A stretch of DNA of 61,408 nt, from assembly GCA_947567695.1 (NCBI GenBank), contig CANONT010000004.1, positions 1 through 61,408 of the forward strand, read 5' to 3'. The stretch comes from an uncultured Clostridium sp. (GTDB lineage: Bacteria; Bacillota; Clostridia; TANB77; CAG-508). The notes below the pieces were generated by a model. The model made no database searches, was not told where the DNA came from, and saw only the letters and a program-made list of their open reading frames with translations. Each line of letters begins with the position of its first letter. Position 1 is the stretch's first letter. Position numbers and translations under genes: made by a program. This document shows, one piece after another, positions 1-10,980 of this stretch.

Positions 1-507
1 ATCACAGGGCTTGTTACGACGCAAGCGTCGGGGAATGCACCCCACAGAGATTCAATCACTGACTTCCTTAATTTAATGGCAATGTTAGATGCTTCTTCTA
101 GCTATTCTAACTCAGACTTTTTGTCTGTATTTTTTTCAAGGATAGGTGACAAAATGAAAGATTTAACGCCATCTTCTTATGACTTTTATATGGGGTCGCC
201 AATTATCAAGTTATTCTTAGGTACCAACGGTCCTACTTGTGTAGAAGTTTTCAAAATTACAAAGGAGTATGTTTCTAAAAAAGCTCTTTCCGATATTGAA
301 AACAGAAATTTTAGTACTCCCGAACAGTTCTATAAGTTAATGCAATTATATTGCTTAACACCAGATCCACCTCTTGATAAATTTTCTTCAAGAGCTACTG
401 GAAATAATATTGCCCAAGTAATATTGGATTTTAGGCAAGCATTTGATGAGCAAAATTTTGTCAGTATTTTACATCATCTGTCAAAATACATCAAACTTAC
501 CTCTTAA
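1..507 (+). CDS. hypothetical protein, C-terminal part (5' end outside window)
   Basis: Frame 1 has no stop from base 1 to the TAA at 505-507, so the 143-aa track ORF (ATG 76) is probably the tail of a longer protein. No motif I recognise. Confidence 0.45.
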   Translation: MTGLVTTQASGNAPHRDSITDFLNLMAMLDASSSYSNSDFLSVFFSRIGDKMKDLTPSSYDFYMGSPIIKLFLGTNGPTCVEVFKITKEYVSKKALSDIENRNFSTPEQFYKLMQLYCLTPDPPLDKFSSRATGNNIAQVILDFRQAFDEQNFVSILHHLSKYIKLTS

Positions 508-534
508 AATGTGGTACAAACTAGTGTTCAATTG

Positions 535-557
535 ACCCGACTACTTAGTAGTCGGGT
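535..557 (+). terminator. stem-loop downstream of the partial CDS
   Basis: Perfect 10-bp stem ACCCGACTAC/GTAGTCGGGT with a 3-nt loop. The following T tract is weak (TTCTTCT). Confidence 0.35.
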
Positions 558-671
558 TCTTCTATAAAAATCAAAAATTTTGTAGCCTTTTACACTAATT
601 TTACTTTTCAAATTTTCTGCGTTAATAATATCTTGAACTTTAAAATCTTTTACTAAGTAATCTATCTTAAA

Positions 672-3503
672 TCATGCCAAATACTTCTTCAAAAACCTAC
701 CAGTATGACTTCGTTCATTCGTGCAAATTTGTTCTGGTGTGCCAATAGCAACCACCTCTCCACCATTGTCGCCACCTTCTGGACCCAAATCAATAATATG
801 ATCACAAGTTTTAATCAAATCCAAATTATGTTCAATCACAATAATCGTATTTCCTGTATCTACTAATCTTTGTAGAATATCAACTAATTTATGAACATCT
901 GCAATATGAAGACCAGTTGTTGGTTCATCTAAAATATAAAGTGTTTTACCAGTTGCTCTTTTGGACAATTCTGTTGCCAGTTTCACCCTTTGTGCCTCTC
1001 CGCCTGATAAAGTTGTCGATGGTTGTCCTAGTTTGATATAACTAAGACCTACATCATATAAAGTTTGCATTTTTTGTTTGATTTTTGGGATTTTATCAAA
1101 AAAGGTCAAAGCTTCCTCTACGGTCATATCTAAAACATCAGCAATGGTTTTTCCTTTATATTTGACTTCTAGCGTTTCACGATTATAGCGTTTTCCTTTA
1201 CACACTTCACATGGCACATAAATATCTGGCAAGAAATGCATTTCAATCTTGTGAACGCCATCGCCATTACAACTCTCACATCTTCCTCCTGCCACATTAA
1301 AACTAAATCTACCTTTTTGATAACCTCTCATTTTAGCTTCTTCTGTACTAGCAAAGATGTCACGAATCAAATCAAAAACGCCTGTATAAGTTGCTGGGTT
1401 GGAACGTGGTGTTCTTCCAATTGGAGATTGATCAATATTGATGATTTTATCAATATTTTGTAAGCCTTTCACACCTTTGCATTTACCAGGTTTTTCATTG
1501 GAACCATTTAATTCTTTGGCAACAGTTTTATATAAAACTTCATTCACTAAAGTGGATTTTCCTGAACCAGAAACACCTGTTACACAATTGAATACCCCCA
1601 ATGGGAATTTTACACTAATATTTTTCAAATTGTTTTCACTTGCCTCTTGCACTTCAATAACCTTGGTTTTCGTGTGTTTTCTTCTTTTTTTCGGTACTGC
1701 TATTTGCTTTTTGCCACTCAAATACTGTCCTGTAATCGAATCTTCTACCTGTTTTACTTCCTCTGCTGTTCCCTGTGCCATGACTTGTCCACCATGGGTT
1801 CCAGCACCTGGACCAATATCGATAATTTGATCTGCTGCATACATCGTATCTTCGTCATGCTCTACTACTAAAAGGGTATTTCCTAAATCTCGTAATTTTT
1901 TAAGAGTAGCTAACAACTTGTCATTATCCCTTTGATGAAGTCCAATGCTTGGTTCATCTAAAATATATAACACGCCTGTTAATCCAGACCCAATTTGGGT
2001 TGCTAAACGAATTCTTTGAGCCTCTCCTCCTGACAAACTCCCCGCATTTCTGGAAAGTGTTAAGTATTCCAAACCTACGTCCATCAAGAATTGTAATCTT
2101 TGGTCAATCTCTTTTAAAATTAACTCTGATATCATGGCTTCTGTTTTCGTTAAGGTTAGAGCATTTAGATATTTCTTAATCTGATTGATTGGCATATCTG
2201 TCAATTCGTTGATGTTTTTATCCCCTACTTTAATCGCTAAAATCTCTGGTTTTAGTCTAGCTCCATGACACTCATAACATGGTGAGTTACTCATATACAT
2301 TTCATAAAAATCTCTCATCCCCTGTGACTTGGTTTCACTATGACGTCTATCTAAAGTTGGAATAACGCCTTCAAAAGGTGCTTTAAATTTGCGAACGCCT
2401 GCATAAGAAGAATATTCAAAATCAATTTCTTCGTCTCCTGTCCCATATAAAATCTTCTCTAAAAACCATCTTGGCAAATCTTTTATTTTCTTGTTTTTAA
2501 TTGGCACATCATAATAGTTAGCAATACTTTCAAAATACATTTTTGCCATGGTATCGCCTTTTTTCATGGTACTTGCTCCAAAAGCTTTTACTCCATCGTA
2601 CAAAGTTTTATTCTGATCGGGAATGATTAAATCTTCGTCCATTTTCATTAAATAGCCAATCCCTGTACAGGTTGGACAAGCTCCGAATGGATTGTTAAAA
2701 GAAAACATTCTTGGTGTTAATTCTGGAAAACTAAATCCACAATCTGGACAAGCATAATTACAACTATACAAAACTGGCTTTTGACCTACCACATCAATTA
2801 AAACTAACTTATCTGCATGTTTTAAAGCAATCTCTACTGATTCGGTTAATCGACTTACAATATCTGGTTTAATGACTAATCTGTCGACAATCAATTCTAC
2901 TTCATGCTTTTTCTTTCGGTCTAAATGAATTTCATCTATTCCTAATTCATAGACCTCTCCATCAATTCTGGCTCTAACAAATCCGTCTTTTTGGTAACCC
3001 TCTAATTGTTTCGTAAACTCACCTTTTCTCCCTCTTACCACTGGTGCCAATACTTGAATTTTAGTTCCTTCTGGCAAACTCATAATATTGTCAATAATTT
3101 GGTCAATACTTTGTTTTTCTATCTTTTTGTGACAATTTGGACAATAAGGAACTCCAATTCTGGCATATAATAGACGAATGTAATCATAGATTTCCGTTAC
3201 CGTTCCAACTGTTGAACGTGGATTTTTAGAAGTCGTTTTTTGGTCAATCGAAATCGCTGGTGATAATCCGTCAATTCTCTCTACCTCTGGCTTTTCCATC
3301 AATCCTAAAAATTGTCTTGCATATGAAGATAAACTTTCTACATATCGCCTTTGACCCTCTGCATATAAAGTATCAAAAGCCAAACTTGATTTCCCTGACC
3401 CAGAAAGTCCTGTAATGACGACTAATTTATCTCTCGGTATTTCTAAATTTATATTTTTTAAGTTGTGCTCTTTTGCTCCTTTTATGGTAATTTTATCATT
3501 CAT
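672..3503 (-). CDS. uvrA: excinuclease ABC subunit A
   Basis: Two ABC ATPase modules (Walker [10 protein letters not shown] and GVSGSGKST, two LSGGE signatures) plus Cys-cluster zinc fingers, as in UvrA. Start moved to MNDKITIKG (ATG 3501-3503) behind a GGGGGAAGG SD, because the upstream 25 codons of the track ORF read through a palindromic repeat. Confidence 0.96.
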   Translation of the reverse strand: MNDKITIKGAKEHNLKNINLEIPRDKLVVITGLSGSGKSSLAFDTLYAEGQRRYVESLSSYARQFLGLMEKPEVERIDGLSPAISIDQKTTSKNPRSTVGTVTEIYDYIRLLYARIGVPYCPNCHKKIEKQSIDQIIDNIMSLPEGTKIQVLAPVVRGRKGEFTKQLEGYQKDGFVRARIDGEVYELGIDEIHLDRKKKHEVELIVDRLVIKPDIVSRLTESVEIALKHADKLVLIDVVGQKPVLYSCNYACPDCGFSFPELTPRMFSFNNPFGACPTCTGIGYLMKMDEDLIIPDQNKTLYDGVKAFGASTMKKGDTMAKMYFESIANYYDVPIKNKKIKDLPRWFLEKILYGTGDEEIDFEYSSYAGVRKFKAPFEGVIPTLDRRHSETKSQGMRDFYEMYMSNSPCYECHGARLKPEILAIKVGDKNINELTDMPINQIKKYLNALTLTKTEAMISELILKEIDQRLQFLMDVGLEYLTLSRNAGSLSGGEAQRIRLATQIGSGLTGVLYILDEPSIGLHQRDNDKLLATLKKLRDLGNTLLVVEHDEDTMYAADQIIDIGPGAGTHGGQVMAQGTAEEVKQVEDSITGQYLSGKKQIAVPKKRRKHTKTKVIEVQEASENNLKNISVKFPLGVFNCVTGVSGSGKSTLVNEVLYKTVAKELNGSNEKPGKCKGVKGLQNIDKIINIDQSPIGRTPRSNPATYTGVFDLIRDIFASTEEAKMRGYQKGRFSFNVAGGRCESCNGDGVHKIEMHFLPDIYVPCEVCKGKRYNRETLEVKYKGKTIADVLDMTVEEALTFFDKIPKIKQKMQTLYDVGLSYIKLGQPSTTLSGGEAQRVKLATELSKRATGKTLYILDEPTTGLHIADVHKLVDILQRLVDTGNTIIVIEHNLDLIKTCDHIIDLGPEGGDNGGEVVAIGTPEQICTNERSHTGRFLKKYLA

Positions 3504-3522
3504 AAACCTTCCCCCTGTTTTT

Positions 3523-3601
3523 TTCCCCATTGGTTCCGGGATAAAGTGGAGACATCTTAACTTTTTTAACGTCCCCATTTTATCCCGGAACCAGTGGGGA
3601 C
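3523..3601. repeat. two inverted copies of the ~31-bp family A palindromic unit (GTCCCCA..TGGGGAC)
   Basis: 3571-3601 is GTCCCCATTTTATCCCGGAACCAGTGGGGAC. 3523-3553 is a degenerate copy in the opposite orientation. Together they can form a hairpin of about 80 nt in the uvrA leader. Confidence 0.8.
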
Positions 3602-3660
3602 ATTTTCAATTCTTATTATACTATATTTCTTTTTTAAAAACAAGAGTTTGGTGTCTTTTT

Positions 3661-3704
3661 TACACAAAAATATCTAACTATTGCAAATTTATAGTTAGAT
3701 ATTT
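3661..3704 (-). terminator. rho-independent terminator after the 568-aa ORF
   Basis: 14-bp stem AAATATCTAACTAT/ATAGTTAGATATTT (3668-3704), followed on the minus strand by TTTTTGTG. Confidence 0.7.
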
Positions 3705-3717
3705 TCATGTTTAATAT

Positions 3718-5424
3718 TTATTCTCCTCTTCCACTAACGCTTGGATAGCTTAAATCTTCTAAAACTTGTTCTATCATCTTAATGGCAAATACAGGAGTTT
3801 GTGGTGGAAATGCTATTGCATCGGTTCCCATCATTTGCAAATTCCCATGAGCTCTTGGAACGCCAAATAACCAATCTTTTAAATTATCCACAACAAAAGG
3901 TTTTCCATCTTTCCCAATTCCTGTCATATCTGTTTTGATTTTTGTTTTTCTAGCAATCCCTTGTTTTATAATTTCTTGTTTTATTCTATTTCGTACCTCT
4001 CCTCTTTGGATTAGCTCTTGTGGAATTGCAACTTTTGAAATTCTATGGTCTTCTTCCCAAGAATGTGATTTTTGCCAACTTTGCTTTGGATATGGATAAT
4101 ACGCATTTTGAAGTATTTCTTGTTTCGCTTCCCTTCTTGAGTTCTTGTCAATCATTCCACAGATTGATTGATCAAATTCTTCTAAATTATAATTGCGATT
4201 AAGTGCTTTTTGATATAAAGAAATATATGCTTCTTTATCCATCCAACCAGCGTTATTTAAAACGCTATAAGTCCAAGCAGTATATTTATCATCTCTCAAT
4301 GTATAACTTTTATGATCTGGATCAAATTTCTCAAAACTATTAATTGCTTGTGTTTTAACAATTTTCTGCAGTTCTAACTCAAGATTTTGGAATAATAATT
4401 CTGGATATCTCCAATCTAAAATAATATGTTCTAATTCTCCAAATTGCTTTAAATTATCTGGTATATATTTATCTTTTTTTTTCGCTTCCTCACATTGTTG
4501 TTTTAATTCCTCAAAAATTCTTCTAAATTCTAATGTTGTATCTTCCTTGTCTGCATCAATTATTAGTTTTAAAAATTCAAAACTTTTATCTTTCATAAAA
4601 TGTTCATGCATACAGGTTGCTTTTATTCCAGTAATTCCAAATTTCCTAAATTGTTCTATATCTTCATCGTTAATAATATCACCATATTGATTACATAAAA
4701 CATTTTCATCTATATTAAACGCATTTTCATTTAATGCTTCTGCAATCTCTTGAATAGAAACATTCGATTTCTTTGCATAGTTGACAATCGCATTGATATC
4801 ACTTAATCGCATAATATTGGGATATTGGGCAAACTCTTTTAAAATTTGTTTTGCATTTTCTGTATTAGGTTCACTTTTAGTTCTAGCAACTAATTCCTCT
4901 GTATGCATTTTTTTCAAAAATTCATGATCTGCGCTACTTGAAACTTGTATTTTATATTCTTCTTTATCGTGAATTCCTAAAATATCTAAAATTTGTGAAC
5001 AATTTTCATAAATTGCTCTTCCATAACCATTTCCTTTATAATTCCATTCTACCGAGAATTTAAATTCTTTATTTTCTTTATCTATTATAATGGAAGCTTT
5101 TACATCCCCTTTTTTTTCATCTTTAAATTCTTCTCCTCTTAAATTGCTTGCCATTTTCTGCTTCTCAAATTCTCTAAATTTCTCATCTCTTAAATAATAA
5201 ACTAAAGACACTGGTTCTTCTCTGTAATGTAAATTGCCTCTATAAAAACATAATTTTTCTCCATTTTTCCCCGAAATATTAAAATGTGCTACTGGATAAA
5301 TGTCTTTTAAGTATTTATAATAATCTTGATAGTATTTTGCAATTTCTTCTTTGGTTAACTTAGGTTTTTCTACTTCTTTTTTATCTATCTTTGGTACAAA
5401 TTCTTCATCTTCATCAAATTTCAT
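3718..5424 (-). CDS. hypothetical protein (568 aa)
   Basis: Long uninterrupted ORF in AT-rich DNA with its own terminator. No signal peptide or family motif recognised. Confidence 0.7.
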   Translation of the reverse strand: MKFDEDEEFVPKIDKKEVEKPKLTKEEIAKYYQDYYKYLKDIYPVAHFNISGKNGEKLCFYRGNLHYREEPVSLVYYLRDEKFREFEKQKMASNLRGEEFKDEKKGDVKASIIIDKENKEFKFSVEWNYKGNGYGRAIYENCSQILDILGIHDKEEYKIQVSSSADHEFLKKMHTEELVARTKSEPNTENAKQILKEFAQYPNIMRLSDINAIVNYAKKSNVSIQEIAEALNENAFNIDENVLCNQYGDIINDEDIEQFRKFGITGIKATCMHEHFMKDKSFEFLKLIIDADKEDTTLEFRRIFEELKQQCEEAKKKDKYIPDNLKQFGELEHIILDWRYPELLFQNLELELQKIVKTQAINSFEKFDPDHKSYTLRDDKYTAWTYSVLNNAGWMDKEAYISLYQKALNRNYNLEEFDQSICGMIDKNSRREAKQEILQNAYYPYPKQSWQKSHSWEEDHRISKVAIPQELIQRGEVRNRIKQEIIKQGIARKTKIKTDMTGIGKDGKPFVVDNLKDWLFGVPRAHGNLQMMGTDAIAFPPQTPVFAIKMIEQVLEDLSYPSVSGRGE

Positions 5425-5566
5425 TCTTTCTACTCCCTATAAATTTCAATTTTACATAATTAGTATATCATAAATAGGAAAAAATTGCTAGTTGTAAAGA
5501 AAAATTTATGACTTTTATGTTGATTTTTCTCTAATAGTTTTCATGAAAAGTTTTACCTTAGCATAC

Positions 5567-7243
5567 TCATATATTAAGATCAACTATTTTCCCATCTCTC
5601 ATCTCCACAACCTTATCACACTTCTCAATCGTAGACAATCTATGAGCAATCATAAAAGTAATCTTTCCGAGCGTCACTTGATCCAATGCATTTTTAATCA
5701 AAGCTTCATTCCCCCAACTCAAATTAGAAGTCACCTCATCCAAAATTACCACATCTGGATTCATAGCCATAATCCTAGCAAAACTAATCATTTGTCTTTC
5801 TCCCGTAGAAAGCACATCTGGATTTTCGTAAATATTGGTACGATACGCTTTGGGTAAAGACATAATTTTTTCATGCAATCTCAATTTTTTAAATATCTCT
5901 ATAATTTCTTCTTTTGTAATCTTTTGATTTACATATTTAATATTATCTATAATGGTATTTGGCACCATTTCCACCTCTTGCATAATATATCCGATTTTAT
6001 TACGAATAGAAGCAATATTGTATTCTCTATAATCCTTTTGATTGATTCGGATTTCTCCTTGTTGGGGTTCATACAATCTTTCTAGCAAATTGGTAACCGT
6101 TGTTTTTCCGCTTCCTGTCTTACCAATTAACGCTATTTTTTCATTTTCTGCTACTGACAAAGAAAAATTCTTAATATTTTTCTTTGTATTATTATAAGAA
6201 AAAGATACTTTGTCAAATTCAATACTTGTAATCTTGTCAGTCAGTTTTTCGCCCTTTTTCAAATCCTCCTCTTCTGTTTTCTCTAACAGTTCCAAAATTT
6301 TGAAATAGGCAAAAAACGATTGATTAAAATCTGTTAAATGTCTCGTAAACCAACTAAAGTCAAATTCAAGATAACCAGAATAATCGATCATAATCATAAT
6401 TTGTGCATAGGTCATAAAACCTTGTAACACATCCATTCCTCCCAAATAGATAATGGTAATAATGGAAAACGAAATAATAAAAGAAAATATACTATGATAG
6501 ATACTAATAATTTTCTCCAATTTTGAACTTTCCGTACGATAGATTTCTAGTTTGGTTTCCAAATCTTTTATTTTTTGCTGAATCATTTCTAATGTCTTAA
6601 TCGTTAAAAAGCTTTGTATTCCTTCGTTGATGGTTGTATAGATTTCTTGATTAATTTTTCTAATTTCTATTATTTTTGCCATGGTTTTGCGATTGAAAAG
6701 CAAAGTAACGATAAAGCCTAAAAAATAGAATCCTAAAATAATAACAGTAATCTTTAAATTAACAAATAACAAAAAAACTGCTTCTATGGAAAATCTTATC
6801 AACCCCATAACAAACATTTCTGTGCTGGCAATTGGAAATAATTCCCCTGCATTTTGCGTATCATCTTGTAAAAATTGTAAAATAACACCTGATTCGTTCT
6901 CATCGAAAAACTTAGCCTTTACTTTTTGTAATTTTTCAAATATTCTATTTCGTAAATCCCTTTTAATCCATCTGGATAAATGGCATCTCATCTCGCAATG
7001 TTTTAAAACCATATAACATTGTATTAATAGAATAAAGATATAAATACCAACAAAAATAGACAATCCTTTTAAATTGTGTTGCGGAATTTCAACATTTAAT
7101 ATTTCTTGTACTATAAAAGGAATGGTTACTATATCTATTACTGCAGTTACTATAATCAAGGCAAATAAAGCGATAAATCTATTATGATAACCAACATCTT
7201 CATACATAGTATTAAATTGTTTGAATTTTTCTTTTAATTTCAT
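5567..7243 (-). CDS. ABC transporter ATP-binding/permease (exporter half-transporter)
   Basis: N-terminal multi-TM domain plus an NBD with Walker A GKTGSGKTT, signature LSTGERQ and Walker B ILDE. Confidence 0.9.
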   Translation of the reverse strand: MKLKEKFKQFNTMYEDVGYHNRFIALFALIIVTAVIDIVTIPFIVQEILNVEIPQHNLKGLSIFVGIYIFILLIQCYMVLKHCEMRCHLSRWIKRDLRNRIFEKLQKVKAKFFDENESGVILQFLQDDTQNAGELFPIASTEMFVMGLIRFSIEAVFLLFVNLKITVIILGFYFLGFIVTLLFNRKTMAKIIEIRKINQEIYTTINEGIQSFLTIKTLEMIQQKIKDLETKLEIYRTESSKLEKIISIYHSIFSFIISFSIITIIYLGGMDVLQGFMTYAQIMIMIDYSGYLEFDFSWFTRHLTDFNQSFFAYFKILELLEKTEEEDLKKGEKLTDKITSIEFDKVSFSYNNTKKNIKNFSLSVAENEKIALIGKTGSGKTTVTNLLERLYEPQQGEIRINQKDYREYNIASIRNKIGYIMQEVEMVPNTIIDNIKYVNQKITKEEIIEIFKKLRLHEKIMSLPKAYRTNIYENPDVLSTGERQMISFARIMAMNPDVVILDEVTSNLSWGNEALIKNALDQVTLGKITFMIAHRLSTIEKCDKVVEMRDGKIVDLNI

Positions 7244-7309
7244 CTTTTATTCCTCTTTTTATTTTTTAGCTTAATAGCAAACATTTTAATGGTAACACTA
7301 AGTAAGTGA

Positions 7310-8956
7310 CTAAGTTTGTATTTCTGAAGTCCCCTTTTCAAGTTTAACAACCCTATCTACGTAATTTTCTATCTCCAACTTATGGGTAATAAAAATCATC
7401 GTAGTTTGTGGATATTTCTTGATCAAATTTTGAAGAATCTGATCGGTTGTTTTATTATCTAATTTACTAAAACCATTGTCAAATATCATAATTGGTTTAT
7501 TTCTAAGCAATGCTCTCGCTATCAAAATTCTCTGTTTTTGTCCACCAGAAAGTTTAACACCTTTCTCTCCCACTACTGTTTGATAGCCTTCTTCAAATCG
7601 TTTGATATCATGATAAATCTCCGCTTCTTTTACAACTCTTGTCAATTCTTTTTCTGTGTTTTTGCTACCTAGCTGTATATTTTCTAATATCGTTCCTGTA
7701 AATAGATTAGCTTCCCCTGAAATAAAATCTATGTACTGCCTTATATTAGATGGATTTAACTGTTTATTGTTATGATTATTTAGGTAAATATTTCCTTGTA
7801 TTGGATAAAATCCTAATATGGCTTTGGCTAACGTACTTTTACCGCTTCCATTTTCCCCTATAATAGCTATTTTCTCTCCTTTTTTAACCCTAAAATTTAA
7901 ATTTGATAAAATTTCTTTCTGAGAAATGCTAATAGAAACATTATGAAATACAATGTCTCCCTCTAAATTATAAGAATCGTTCTGATTTTTCTCTTCCTTC
8001 AATGCCATTAATTTTTTGATTTTTTGCTTTACCACTAAGAACGTATCTAATACTTCCAAATTCTCTCCAAATGTATACAAACAACCTAATATGTTACTTG
8101 CCAATAGGATAAAAGTAGCTAATGCTCCCAGTGTCATATCGCCTCTCATAATGGCAATTCCTCCCAATAGATAAATGATAGGATCTTTTAAATAAGTCAT
8201 ATGTTCACTTACAATCTCATAAAACAAAATCAAGTCCACAAATTTCACATCTTGTTGTGTATATTCTCTATTTAATCTTTTATATTTCTGTATTTCTTCT
8301 TTTTGTCGATTATAAATTCTAATAAATTTGAAATGATTTATATTACTGATCATATGTCCTAACATCTTTTTCTTTTTATGAATCACTTTATTCAATATTT
8401 GTGTCATTTTTTGATAATACCATAAAGCAAATGCTAACATAAGAGCAATCGTTATTAACAAATACATGGTAATAGAAGGATTTAACGAAACCCCTTTACT
8501 TATCATAAAAAATCCCAAAGATACAATATCTAGTATCAAATTAAACTGCACTTTAAAAAAATTCGTATAATCTTGGGCATCCTCATTCACTCTTTGTAGC
8601 ATTTCTACTTTACTATAAGATTGATAGCTTCCATACTCCAATTTTAAAATATGAGCATACAATTTCTTCTTTAAATCACAACCAATCTTTAATGTAAAAT
8701 TAGTCGTAACTCTTTCTCTCATATATTGCATAAAAGCAATGAGTACGTTCATGATTATAAGGATCATACTTATAATAGCAAGCCCTTTTAATGGATTCAT
8801 CTCTAAAACGGGTTTCATATAGTTTGGGATTTTTTCTGCATGATTAAATAAAATCCCATCTATCGCATAACTAATATATACTGCTGTCTGAAAGCTTAAA
8901 TAAGATATCATCACACTCAATAAAATTAATACAAATATATAACTTTTCTTTTTCAT
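7310..8956 (-). CDS. ABC transporter ATP-binding/permease (exporter half-transporter)
   Basis: TM domain plus an NBD (GENGSGKST, LSGGQKQR). Start set at MKKKSYIF behind an AAAGGGAAGG SD, because the MGTKGKD extension in the track reads into repeat 8970-9000. Confidence 0.9.
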   Translation of the reverse strand: MKKKSYIFVLILLSVMISYLSFQTAVYISYAIDGILFNHAEKIPNYMKPVLEMNPLKGLAIISMILIIMNVLIAFMQYMRERVTTNFTLKIGCDLKKKLYAHILKLEYGSYQSYSKVEMLQRVNEDAQDYTNFFKVQFNLILDIVSLGFFMISKGVSLNPSITMYLLITIALMLAFALWYYQKMTQILNKVIHKKKKMLGHMISNINHFKFIRIYNRQKEEIQKYKRLNREYTQQDVKFVDLILFYEIVSEHMTYLKDPIIYLLGGIAIMRGDMTLGALATFILLASNILGCLYTFGENLEVLDTFLVVKQKIKKLMALKEEKNQNDSYNLEGDIVFHNVSISISQKEILSNLNFRVKKGEKIAIIGENGSGKSTLAKAILGFYPIQGNIYLNNHNNKQLNPSNIRQYIDFISGEANLFTGTILENIQLGSKNTEKELTRVVKEAEIYHDIKRFEEGYQTVVGEKGVKLSGGQKQRILIARALLRNKPIMIFDNGFSKLDNKTTDQILQNLIKKYPQTTMIFITHKLEIENYVDRVVKLEKGTSEIQT

Positions 8957-8969
8957 ATCCTTCCCTTTC

Positions 8970-9000
8970 GTCCCCACTGGTTCTGGGATAAAATGGGGAC
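8970..9000. repeat. family A palindromic unit
   Basis: GTCCCCACTGGTTCTGGGATAAAATGGGGAC is the reverse complement of the 3571-3601 unit with one mismatch. It ends directly at the SD of the ABC gene. Confidence 0.85.
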
Positions 9001-9021
9001 TTTATTAAAAAAGTACCTTTA

Positions 9022-9715
9022 TTAGACTATATCTCTAATAAAACAAGCCCATTGGCATTTCGGAAGTTTTATTTCTACAAAACCTTCTTTTGGTTTTGTT
9101 CCTACTATATAATACCTTCCTTTTTCAGTATATTGATTTTTTTGAAAAATTGGCTCAAAGATGCCATAATATAACTCTTTTCCTTTACTATGATGAATGA
9201 TAAAATCTAGGCTTCCATCTTTTCTTACTTCTTCATACAAATTTTGTATGGCTTGCGAATCATATTCCCAAATAGCTCCTGTTGTTTTGCCATAAAAGGT
9301 CTGTTCTTCTCTTTCTACGATGCGATATTTTAATTCTTTCTTTCCTTTGATATCTGGATTAATTTCTATTTTAGGGAAAAATGTTATTTCTGTGTTACTT
9401 TTTCTAAAATTTGCGGGTGATTGTCCATATATCTTTTTGAAAGTATTGGAAAAAGATACAGGAGAGTCATAATGATATTTAATGGCTATATCAATTATTC
9501 TGTGATTTGTTTTTCTTAGTTCTTCTGCTGCTTTACTTAATCTTCTCTTTCTGATGTATTCTGTTACTGTTATTCCGCGTTAGAAATGTAAAAATTCTTT
9601 GCATGGCATAGGAAGATGTTCCTATTATTTTGGCTAATTCGTTGTAATCTATTTCATTTTCTAGGTTTTTTTCTATGGTATCAATTAGTCTATTTAAGCT
9701 ATCATAACTGTTCAC
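9022..9715 (-). CDS. AraC-family regulator with GyrI-like effector domain, interrupted at in-frame CGG 9575-9577
   Basis: The N-terminal HTH fragment (9533-9715, GTG start) continues in the +1 frame as GITVTEYIRKRRLSKAAEELRKTNHRIIDIAIKYHYDSP..., down to the GyrI-like C-terminus (9022-9240). Confidence 0.8.
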
Positions 9716-9736
9716 TTTATAAACTCCTTCTAATTT

Positions 9737-9766
9737 TCCCCACTGGTTCTGCGAGTAAATGGGGAC
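9737..9766. repeat. family A palindromic unit (variant)
   Basis: TCCCCACTGGTTCTGCGAGTAAATGGGGAC, lying between the LD-carboxypeptidase stop and the araC-like SD. Confidence 0.75.
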
Positions 9767-9767
9767 A

Positions 9768-10704
9768 TTATTTCAAGAATTCTCCTATAAATTCTATCTT
9801 TTTCTTTTCGATATCTATTTTAGTATCCACTCCTACTGGAACAATACTATTCGCTATTTTATGTCCAAAATCATTACATTTTATGATCGGGAAATCATAT
9901 TGTTTCGTATATTGCAATAAAATATCTTCCATTTGCGGATAGCTATCTCCATTTTTCTGTAAATCATAATTATAGCCAATCACAACGGCTTTCACTTTGT
10001 CAAACATACCTGCTAATCTTAGATGCTCAAATCTTCTTTGACATTCATTTGGTGAAGTACGATAAGATTCTATGAATAGAATTTTATCTGTCATATCAGG
10101 AAGATATTTCGTTCCTACCAAATGCATCATACTTCCCAAATTCGTTCCTATCGATTTACCAATAATCTCGCTATTTTTTCCTTCTTTGATGATTTTTTTC
10201 TCTCCTTGATAAAACTTTTGTATTTTTTTATTAATAAAAACACTTTCAAAATCGGCAAATCTTTCTTCTGCTGTCTCTTCTCCATAACCAATAAAATCTG
10301 GTCCGTGAAAAAGTAACTAAACCTGTTTTATTCCATAAAGTTTGTAATAATACTGTGATATCACTATATCCTACTAGTATTTTAGGGTTTTGTTTGATTA
10401 CTTCATAATCCAGTAGATCAATAAAAGTGTTACAAGTTTTTCCTCCTAGTAAACAAATAATAGCTTTTACTTCATCCTCTTGAAACATATTCATAAAATC
10501 TTCCGCTTTTTGCTCTCTTGTCCCTGCTGAACCATAATAATCCTCTAATACATATTTTCCTCTTTTTACTTTAAAACCTTTGCTTTGTAAAAACTTCTCT
10601 GCTTTATAAAATAAATCCTCTCTATTTACAGTATACTTTAAACTATTCGCTACTCCAACCACTCCTATCGTATCTCCATAATTTAACTTGTTCGCTAACA
10701 ACAT
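9768..10704 (-). CDS. LD-carboxypeptidase (S66, LdcA/MccF-like), interrupted at in-frame CGG 10303-10305
   Basis: The two track fragments (10246-10704 and 9768-10139) are the N- and C-terminal halves of an S66 peptidase. The +1 frame reads GLVTFS-GPDFIGYGEETAEERF..., joining them. Confidence 0.8.
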
Positions 10705-10749
10705 AAATCTTCCTCCTTAATATTCTTAAAAATAATTTTTTCATATTTC

Positions 10750-10777
10750 TTGACTTTTTCTATATTTAGAGTATAAT
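10750..10777 (+). promoter_or_regulatory. sigma-A-like promoter for a short plus-strand transcript
   Basis: TTGACT, 16-nt spacer, TATAAT. About 50 nt downstream lies the bidirectional terminator at 10830-10870, and no ORF lies between them. Confidence 0.45.
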
Positions 10778-10829
10778 AAAAATAGAAAGTAAGTAATCAC
10801 AGAAATGTGGTTGCCAAATATAAATTTGT

Positions 10830-10870
10830 AAAACTACACATCGCTCTGCCAAGCAAATGTGTAGTTTTTT
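10830..10870. terminator. bidirectional rho-independent terminator
   Basis: 12-bp stem AAAACTACACAT/ATGTGTAGTTTT, with a T run after it on the plus strand and the A-rich left arm giving a U tract on the minus strand. Confidence 0.7.
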
Positions 10871-10980
10871 TATTTTATATGACTATTAACCCATTGTATG
10901 TATATAATACATAGTAAGGCTAAATTAATTGTTATTGATATCATTAATCCTATTACTAGGAATGCTAATACTTCTAACAT
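10870..10980 (-). CDS. 36-aa hydrophobic peptide (candidate type I toxin / small membrane protein)
   Basis: Not in the ORF track (too short). GGAGGTGAGGCT precedes the ATG. Product is MLEVLAFLVIGLMISITINLALLCIIYIQWVNSHIK, and its stop codon lies in the terminator stem. Confidence 0.5.
   Translation of the reverse strand: MLEVLAFLVIGLMISITINLALLCIIYIQWVNSHIK

Noticed and set aside
1236-2179. Plus-strand ORFs inside uvrA (1236-1463, 1438-1830, 1647-1871, 1949-2179), and similar antisense ORFs inside fhs, the ABC genes, priA, metG and the ATPase
   Set aside because: They lie antisense to strongly conserved genes, have low-complexity Phe/Leu/Ser-rich products and lack SD sequences. Open antisense frames like these are expected in AT-rich coding DNA.
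3504-3578. N-terminal extensions beginning MGT... on the track ORFs for uvrA, the 7310 ABC gene and the 12744 ABC gene
   Set aside because: The extensions are translations of the family A/B palindromic repeats. Proper SD-ATG starts lie downstream and match the normal family N-termini.
3602-3660. LexA (Cheo) box in the uvrA promoter region
   Set aside because: No CGAAC-N4-GTTCG-like sequence is present. The only GAAC/GTTC pairs lie inside the palindromic repeats, with the wrong spacing.
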